From Nitrosopumilus sp. (lineage in GTDB: Archaea > Thermoproteota > Nitrososphaeria > Nitrososphaerales > Nitrosopumilaceae), in the NCBI GenBank assembly GCA_963662625.1, contig OY759726.1, positions 736,001 through 800,000 on the forward strand: 64,000 bases of DNA, read 5' to 3'. Both the position numbers and the translations under genes were made by a program. This document shows positions 57,732-64,000 of the stretch, one piece after another. Numbering within the stretch: the first letter of the stretch is position 1; each line of letters begins with the position of its first letter. A model generated the notes under the pieces. The model searched no databases and was not told the origin of the DNA. It saw only the letters and a program-made list of their open reading frames with translations.

Positions 57732-58379
57732 ATGCCAAATTTCGACAAGACTTGGGCTCGACAAGAGACCCAAAGCGTAACTGGCAAACTACGTGATGCA
57801 GTAAAGCCTCAGGGCGCACTGAAACCCAGAATACAGACCGCAGTCAACAAGCTCCAGGTCCAGATATCCAAGATGGACTCCATGCTCGGGAAACTGCACG
57901 AGAGGGACTCGCAGCTCTTCCAGAGAATCGTGACTGCCATGCAGCAGCACGACACCAGCACGAGCAGGGTGCTGTCAAACGAGCTGGCCGAGATCCGCAA
58001 GGTCACAAAGATGCTGGGCAATGCAAGGATGTCGCTGGAACAGGTCCAACTACGGCTGACGACCATTCACGACCTTGGCGACGCCATGGTGGCAATCGGG
58101 CCCGCTATGTCCACGATGAAGGGACTAAAGTCATCGCTGGGACGGTTCATGCCGGAGGCGGACTCGGAACTGAATTCCATGACGCAGACGCTCAACGGCC
58201 TGATGATGGACTCGCTTGCCGGCGACTCGTTCAGCATGGACTCGGACATATCGAGCGAGGAGACGGACAAGATCCTGCAGGAAGCATCCGCAGTGGCAGA
58301 GCAGCAGATCGGGGACAAGTTCCCGTCTGTACCCTCCCAAACCGGACTCTCGTCCCAGTCTTCCTCTACGTTTGAGTAG
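57732..58379 (+). CDS. cdvB: CdvB/ESCRT-III (Snf7 family) paralogue
   Basis: LHERDSQLFQRIV, LSNELAEIRK, LEQVQLRLTTIHDLGD, TDKILQEAS. Confidence 0.92.
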   Translation: MPNFDKTWARQETQSVTGKLRDAVKPQGALKPRIQTAVNKLQVQISKMDSMLGKLHERDSQLFQRIVTAMQQHDTSTSRVLSNELAEIRKVTKMLGNARMSLEQVQLRLTTIHDLGDAMVAIGPAMSTMKGLKSSLGRFMPEADSELNSMTQTLNGLMMDSLAGDSFSMDSDISSEETDKILQEASAVAEQQIGDKFPSVPSQTGLSSQSSSTFE

Positions 58380-58448
58380 GGGCGGGACGACGTCCGTCTT
58401 TTTTGGCCAAACTCGCGCGCGGGGCCTCCGGGCTGGCCACCCGCGGCG

Positions 58449-59606
58449 CTATCCCCAGGCCTTTTCCTTGAAGGTCCACTTCTTGTTCAGGACGTAGTTC
58501 CCCGCGGCCGCGGCGAGGACGGCGACTACCAGCGCTGCCGGGTACGATAAGGCGTGCTGGTCCACCAGGTGGTACACCATCCCGAGCTGGACCAGCGCCC
58601 CGAGCGAGCTGAACAGCACGAACTTCCCGTACTGCCCGACGGTCCTGCCCGGCGCGAAGTCCCTGTCGCCAAACGTCCACGTCTTGTTGAGCAGGAAGTT
58701 AGTCGTCATCGACGCCCCGATTCCCACCAGGTTCGCGTGGAGGTACCACAGGTCGGAGGCCCCCGCAAACAGCAGGGAGAGCAGGAAGTTTACCGCGAAG
58801 CCGATGGCCCCCACCGTGTAGAACCTGGCCGCCTTTGAGAGGAACTTCACGGAGTTGCGCCTGTCGTCCTTCTCGGCGGCCTTGCCGAACTTGTACAGCC
58901 TCCAGACGGATTTTATGTAGTCCGAGACGGTCGAGGGGCTCAGCTTGCTAGAGCCCCGGGCCCTGTCCTCGAACGTGTACGGGATCTCCCTCACGTCGAG
59001 CCCGCTCTTCTTTACCAGTATCTCCAGGAGGATCTTGTAGCCTATGGCGTCGAAGTTGATCCCCTTGATGATGTTCCTCCTGAACACGAAGAACCCCGAC
59101 ATCGGGTCGGTCGGCTTGACCCCCAGCCCCTTCTTGGCGATCCACGTCGCGACCCTGCTCATGATCTTCCTTTTCATGGGCCACTCGCGGATATTGCCCC
59201 CGCGGATGTACCTCGAGGCCACCACCAGGTCGCACTGGTACTGCCGCAGGGCCTCGACCATCTTGGGGATGACCTGCGGGGGGTGCGACAGGTCGCTGTC
59301 CATGACCACTATCGTGTCGCCCGTCGCGTGCTGGATCCCGTTGAGCACCGCGGAGCTCAGCCCCCGCTTTGCCGTCCTGTGGATGACGTCGACCGTATAG
59401 TCGGCGAGGCTCTTGACCGTCTTCAGGTAGTCCTCCACGATCCTCCCGGTCCCGTCAGGCGAGCCGTCGTCGACCACTATGGTCTGGGTGACCAGGTTTT
59501 TGGGCAGGTTCTCCTTGATCGACTTTAACACGGCCAGGATGTTCTGCGACTCGTTGTACGTGGGGAGTATGATCGACACCTGCGCGTCTCTGGTGGCCAC
59601 CGGCAT
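58449..59606 (-). CDS. Dolichol-phosphate hexosyltransferase-like GT2 fused to a GtrA-like domain
   Basis: PTYNE, VDDGSPDGT, MDSDLSHPP, DPMSGF; C-terminal GtrA-like TM region (LNKKWTF). Confidence 0.9.
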   Translation of the reverse strand: MPVATRDAQVSIILPTYNESQNILAVLKSIKENLPKNLVTQTIVVDDGSPDGTGRIVEDYLKTVKSLADYTVDVIHRTAKRGLSSAVLNGIQHATGDTIVVMDSDLSHPPQVIPKMVEALRQYQCDLVVASRYIRGGNIREWPMKRKIMSRVATWIAKKGLGVKPTDPMSGFFVFRRNIIKGINFDAIGYKILLEILVKKSGLDVREIPYTFEDRARGSSKLSPSTVSDYIKSVWRLYKFGKAAEKDDRRNSVKFLSKAARFYTVGAIGFAVNFLLSLLFAGASDLWYLHANLVGIGASMTTNFLLNKTWTFGDRDFAPGRTVGQYGKFVLFSSLGALVQLGMVYHLVDQHALSYPAALVVAVLAAAAGNYVLNKKWTFKEKAWG

Positions 59607-59744
59607 TGATCCTAACAGAAAAACATGTGGTTATTAGTTTTTGGTGGGGCAATAGTTGAGGAGGTGCTCAAGCTTAGTTGCGGCTTGGGCCGCGGGCGCC
59701 CGGCCTCCCGCGGCCCAGGCGGTGCGCGGGGCGGCCCGCGCGCC

Positions 59745-61202
59745 TCACGGGAACGCGGTGCCCTCGGCCAGTACCGAGCCGATCTCGGAGATCTTGATCC
59801 TCCTCTGCTCCATGGAGTCCCTCTGGCGCAGCGTGACCGTCTGGTCCTCGAGCGTCTGGTGGTCCACCGTCAGCGCAAACGGCGCGCCGACCTCGTCGAG
59901 CCTCCTGTACCGCCTTCCGACGGCCCCCGAGTGGTCCAGGAACGAGTCGAACCTCCTCTTTATCTGCGAGTGGATCTCGTCTGCCTTCTCCTTCAGCCCG
60001 TCCTTCTTCACCAGCGACAGCACGCCCGTGTGCACCGGGGAGAGGTACGGCCTCAGCGACAGGACGTGCCGCTCGTGCTCCCTGTCGTCCACGAGGGAGT
60101 GCTCGAGGATGGTGTACAGGCTCCTGTCTATCCCCATCGAGATCTCGAAGACGTGCGGCAGCACCTTCTGGTCGCCGTCCATCACCTCGAACTTCTCCTT
60201 GCTCTTGCCCGCGTGGTGGGACAGGTCGTAGTCCGACCTATAGTTGCACGCCACGAGCTCAAGCCAGCCGATCGAGGTCTCGACCTCGAGGTCAAAGGAC
60301 ACCTCGGCGTAGAACGCCTTTTCCTTGTCCCCCAGCTTCCTGAACCTGCTCCTCGCCGTGTCGATCCCGGTCTTGTCGTAGAACTCTTCCAGTATCCCGA
60401 GGTAGTACGCGACAAACTTGTTTGGGACCATGCCGGACTCCACGGCCTCCCCGCAGGTCACCTCCGCCAGCCCGTCCTCCCCGTGTATCCTGATCACCGT
60501 GTCGCGCACGCCGTGAAACCCCCTTATCATGTCGAGTTTCTGCGGGTTGCAGAACACCTCTATCTCCGCCTGGTAGAACTCGCGCAGCCTCAGCAGGCTC
60601 TGCCTCGGTGATATCTCGTTCCTGAAGCTCTTTCCCACCTGGGCGATCCCCAGGGGGAGCTTCCCGCGCATGGTCTTGAACAGCCTTGGAAAGTCCACGA
60701 AGATGGACTGGCACGTCTCCGGCCTGAGGTACGCGACCTCCTCGTCGGGGCCGATGCCCACCTTGAACATCATGTTGAACTTCTTGGCGGCGCCGAACTC
60801 CCCGCCGCATTTCTGGCACCTTATCCGCTCCTTCCTTATCGCGTCGTCAAACTCCTCCAGGGCCGCGCTCTCGGGAATCTCTATCCCCGCCACCTCCGCG
60901 ATCATCCGGTCGGCGCGGAGCGTCGACCCGCACTGTGCGCATTTCACGATCGGGTCGGCAAAGCTTGTCAGGTGCCCCGACGCCTCAAACACCGACTTCG
61001 ACATGATCTGCGAGCCGTCGATCTCGAGCATCCCGTCGCGCCTGACGAGCTCCCTCCTCCACAGCTCGAGGAACTTGTTTTTCAGGCCCACGCCGGACGG
61101 GCCGTACTCCCAAAACCCCGCCTGCGCGTCCCCGTACACCCCGCAGCTGGGAAAGTAGAACCCGCGTTCGAGCGCGAGCTTCATCACGTCCTCGTAGGCC
61201 AT
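59745..61202 (-). CDS. glyS: Glycine--tRNA ligase (homodimeric type)
   Basis: YLRPETCQ, GKSFRNEISPR, RLREF, EISMGIDR, GRRYRRLDE. Confidence 0.96.
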   Translation of the reverse strand: MAYEDVMKLALERGFYFPSCGVYGDAQAGFWEYGPSGVGLKNKFLELWRRELVRRDGMLEIDGSQIMSKSVFEASGHLTSFADPIVKCAQCGSTLRADRMIAEVAGIEIPESAALEEFDDAIRKERIRCQKCGGEFGAAKKFNMMFKVGIGPDEEVAYLRPETCQSIFVDFPRLFKTMRGKLPLGIAQVGKSFRNEISPRQSLLRLREFYQAEIEVFCNPQKLDMIRGFHGVRDTVIRIHGEDGLAEVTCGEAVESGMVPNKFVAYYLGILEEFYDKTGIDTARSRFRKLGDKEKAFYAEVSFDLEVETSIGWLELVACNYRSDYDLSHHAGKSKEKFEVMDGDQKVLPHVFEISMGIDRSLYTILEHSLVDDREHERHVLSLRPYLSPVHTGVLSLVKKDGLKEKADEIHSQIKRRFDSFLDHSGAVGRRYRRLDEVGAPFALTVDHQTLEDQTVTLRQRDSMEQRRIKISEIGSVLAEGTAFP

Positions 61203-61205
61203 GCC

Positions 61206-62045
61206 TCAGGCCAGCTCCCTCGCCTTTCTTATGTTGCCAAAGTCGTCCCTGACGTCGTCGATCGGAGTCTCGAGTATCACCGGGATGCCGTTCTTGTTTG
61301 CCGTCCTTATCACGGCGGCGAGGCCCTCCTCGCCGATGCCCCCGAGGCCGATGTGGTAGTGCCTGTCGAGGTTGCAGCCAAGCTCCCCCCTGGCGTCGTT
61401 GAGGTGGATTATCTTCAGGTGCCTCATCCCCACCAGCCTGTCAAACTCCGCAAACGTGTCCCTCACGCCCTGCTCGGTCCTCAGGTCATAGCCCGCGACA
61501 AACGCGTGGCACGTGTCCAGGCAGACGCCGAACCTCCCCTCCGGCCCCAGCTGGCCGAATATCTCCGCGAGTTGCTCGAACTTCGAGCCGACCGAGTTCT
61601 TCTGCCCGGCGGTGTTTTCCAGCAGGATCATCACGTCTGCCTCGGTCCGCCCCGCCTCCGTGAGCCCCCGCACGAGGCGGCGTATCCCCCCCTCCTCGCC
61701 CGTGCCCAGGTGGCTCCCCAGGTGCGTCACCAGGTACGGGATGCCCAGCTGCCCGCACCGTTCCACCTCGCCCACGATGGTCCTGACCGACTTTTCAAAG
61801 CCGTCCTCCTTCGGGGTGGCCAGGTTGGGCAGGTACGGCATGTGGGCGCACGTCGCCATCCTGTCAATCCCGCTGGCCTCCAGCTTCGCCCTGAATTCGG
61901 ACACGTCCCCGTCGGTGAGGGCCTTTGCGTGCCAGCCCCTCGGGTTCCTCGTGAAGATCTGGAACGCGGAGCAGCCCCTTTCAACCGCGTTGTCCACGGC
62001 CCTGTCGATAGAGCCCGAGATTGAGACGTGGCACCCGACCTGCAT
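61206..62045 (-). CDS. nfo: Endonuclease IV
   Basis: GCHVS, HMPYLPNL, HLGS, LENTAG, CLDTCH, HLND, DRH, LETP. Confidence 0.95.
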   Translation of the reverse strand: MQVGCHVSISGSIDRAVDNAVERGCSAFQIFTRNPRGWHAKALTDGDVSEFRAKLEASGIDRMATCAHMPYLPNLATPKEDGFEKSVRTIVGEVERCGQLGIPYLVTHLGSHLGTGEEGGIRRLVRGLTEAGRTEADVMILLENTAGQKNSVGSKFEQLAEIFGQLGPEGRFGVCLDTCHAFVAGYDLRTEQGVRDTFAEFDRLVGMRHLKIIHLNDARGELGCNLDRHYHIGLGGIGEEGLAAVIRTANKNGIPVILETPIDDVRDDFGNIRKARELA

Positions 62046-62112
62046 GGTTGACCGTACTTCCTAAACATAATTTAAACCAGCATCCGCGGGCCGAAACCAG
62101 ACTTTTAAGTGA

Positions 62113-63165
62113 ATGGTGCAGAACAGTACCATGCTCGAATTGGGCCAGGACGAGATGGCAAAATACCCGTTCCTGGCGGACGCCGGGCAGTACCTCAAGG
62201 ACAAGGGGTTCCGCCTGGAGCAGTTCGGGACGGATCCGGACCTGAAGATGCTCGTCGACAGGGCCTTCGAGAGGATCCGCGCGGCCGCAGACGGCCAGGT
62301 ATACGGGTCCGACCTGGTCAACGACCAGGCCTCGAAGGAGTCCGTGCTGCCGAGGGAGGTCTTCTCGTTTCTTCTTGCCATAGTCCTGCTGAAGCTGTGC
62401 GGCATGGCCACGCTCGTGCGGCGGTTCGCGCTTGCGGAGGCGCGGCGCGCCGAAAGGTACCTGGAACGGGACCTGGCAGACGTGCGCGACGAGTCCAAGA
62501 AGGAGCTCGCGATACGGATAATCCACGACCTCTTCTCGGTCAGGGTAAGCAAGCAGGACGGCTTTTTCGTGATGCCGGTCCCCGACTACCTCAAGCACTC
62601 GGTTCACTTCCACGAGCGGGTCTGGAAGCTCGTCAACAGGCACGTCGACGGCGGCATGGTGTTTCTCAACCCGCACGAGACGGTCAGGCTGATCAGGAAG
62701 GAGCTGGGCATCTACATAAGCTCCAAGATCAACGGCGCCGCGACGCCCGGGATGATCCCCGGCCTCGAGGGGCACGTGGGCATGCTGGTCACCATCTCGA
62801 AGAGGTTCGCGGCCGCCCCGGTGGCCACCGGGGAGTACCCGCCGTGCATAAAGCACGCGATCGGGGTGCTCGAGAAGGGGGAGAACCTGCCCCATTCCGG
62901 AAGGTTCATGCTCGCGACGTTCCTGCTTGCCAGGGGGCAGTCGGTCGAGCAGATCGCGCCCCTGTTCAAGAACGCGCCGGACTACAGCGAGAAGATCACC
63001 CTCTACCAGCTCAACCACCTGGCGGGGGGATCGGGAAGCGGGACGCGGTACTACTGCCCGTCGTGCGAGAAGATCAAGACGCAGAACCACTGCTATGCGG
63101 TCCCCGAATGCGACGGCATCACGTCGCCCCTCAAGTTTGCGGGGAAGAAGGGCCATGCGGGGTAG
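62113..63165 (+). CDS. priL: DNA primase large subunit
   Basis: KYPFL, YPPCIK, LPHSGRF, APDY, YYCPSC. Confidence 0.93.
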   Translation: MVQNSTMLELGQDEMAKYPFLADAGQYLKDKGFRLEQFGTDPDLKMLVDRAFERIRAAADGQVYGSDLVNDQASKESVLPREVFSFLLAIVLLKLCGMATLVRRFALAEARRAERYLERDLADVRDESKKELAIRIIHDLFSVRVSKQDGFFVMPVPDYLKHSVHFHERVWKLVNRHVDGGMVFLNPHETVRLIRKELGIYISSKINGAATPGMIPGLEGHVGMLVTISKRFAAAPVATGEYPPCIKHAIGVLEKGENLPHSGRFMLATFLLARGQSVEQIAPLFKNAPDYSEKITLYQLNHLAGGSGSGTRYYCPSCEKIKTQNHCYAVPECDGITSPLKFAGKKGHAG

Positions 63166-64000
63166 CGAGGCCAGGTTCCTGGAAGCCTCCTTCAAAAAGT
63201 ACTACTTTGACCACTTTGACCTGGTCTGCGTCCCGGACAGCACGCCCGAGCGCGAGTTCGGGTACCAGAAGTTCGGTTCCGGCATGACACGCCACATATC
63301 GCTCAAGGACGACCGCGAGCTGCGCCTGCTGCTGATGAAGAACGTCCCCTCCGACGTCTACTGCTCCAACGCCCGCTACCTGTTCCCGAACATGCCCATG
63401 AGGGAGAAGGAGTGGAAGGGCGCCGACCTCATCTTCGACATCGACGCGAAGGACCTGGATCTGGACTGCAGGGCGGGCCACACCGCGGCCCTGTGCAACG
63501 ACTGCGGCGGCGCCTCCGCCCCCGGGCCGCGGTGCCCAAAGTGTGGCTCGGCGAGGCTGGAGCCCAGGTCCCTCCCCTGCAAGGACTGCATCGGCGCGGC
63601 AAAGGCCCAGGTCAGGGGCCTCGAGGAGATCCTGGTCGGGGACCTCGCGGCCGATCCGGACGACATCCGCGTCTATTTCTCGGGCAACGAGGGCTTCCAC
63701 GTCTACGTGCACAACTCCGGGTTCTACGAGAGCGGCTCCATGGAGAGGTCCGAGCTGGCAGACTATATCATGTTCAGGGGCCCGGTCCCGGAGACCTTTG
63801 GCATGAAGAAGAGCAGGCCTGACAGGGCATCGTTTCCCGAGATCGGCGAGCGCGGGTGGCGGGGCAGGTTTGCCAGGGAGGCCTTCGGTTCCAAATCGAG
63901 GCGGCCGAAGGCCATATCGGAACTGGTCGCGGCCGGCTACCAGTCCTTCCAGGGCACCCTCGACGGCCTCTCTGCCAAGATGGGCATCAGGATCGATCCC
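63155..64000 (+). CDS. priS: DNA primase small subunit (3'-truncated by window edge)
   Basis: Hand translation from ATG 63155: REFGY, PSDVYCS, LIFDIDAKDL, FSGNEGFH. Confidence 0.93.
   Translation, partial: MRGSEARFLEASFKKYYFDHFDLVCVPDSTPEREFGYQKFGSGMTRHISLKDDRELRLLLMKNVPSDVYCSNARYLFPNMPMREKEWKGADLIFDIDAKDLDLDCRAGHTAALCNDCGGASAPGPRCPKCGSARLEPRSLPCKDCIGAAKAQVRGLEEILVGDLAADPDDIRVYFSGNEGFHVYVHNSGFYESGSMERSELADYIMFRGPVPETFGMKKSRPDRASFPEIGERGWRGRFAREAFGSKSRRPKAISELVAAGYQSFQGTLDGLSAKMGIRIDP

Overview
Gene-dense, GC-rich (about two-thirds G+C by eye) archaeal chromosomal segment. The proteins are typical of Nitrososphaerota/Thaumarchaeota (Nitrosopumilaceae-like): a CFI-box-CTERM protein, two CdvB/ESCRT-III paralogues, two TFB paralogues and an A-type ATP synthase E-A-B-D block. 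The high GC suggests a sponge-symbiont-type lineage (inference). Most of the window is core: guaA, mptE/folP, ade, atpEABD, hsp20-cdc48, cysC/cysQ/cysH/sat, queE-folE-queC, thrB, AcnX pair, rqcH, cbiT-cbiL-cbiF, glyS, nfo, priL-priS. Two complete ISH3-like (IS4 superfamily) elements are present with TIRs and 5-bp TSDs; the second has lost a catalytic Asp. No rRNA, tRNA or CRISPR was recognised. The best novelty candidate is an apparently independently transcribed ~130-nt structured RNA at 26814-26952, which starts with a 9-codon ORF and shares an operator-like palindrome with the divergent gene. Also notable are a MurI-like racemase with both catalytic Cys replaced by Ser, a PyrE-like gene plus a possible PRTase remnant next to an XPD/DinG helicase, a second structured intergenic element, and several microproteins.
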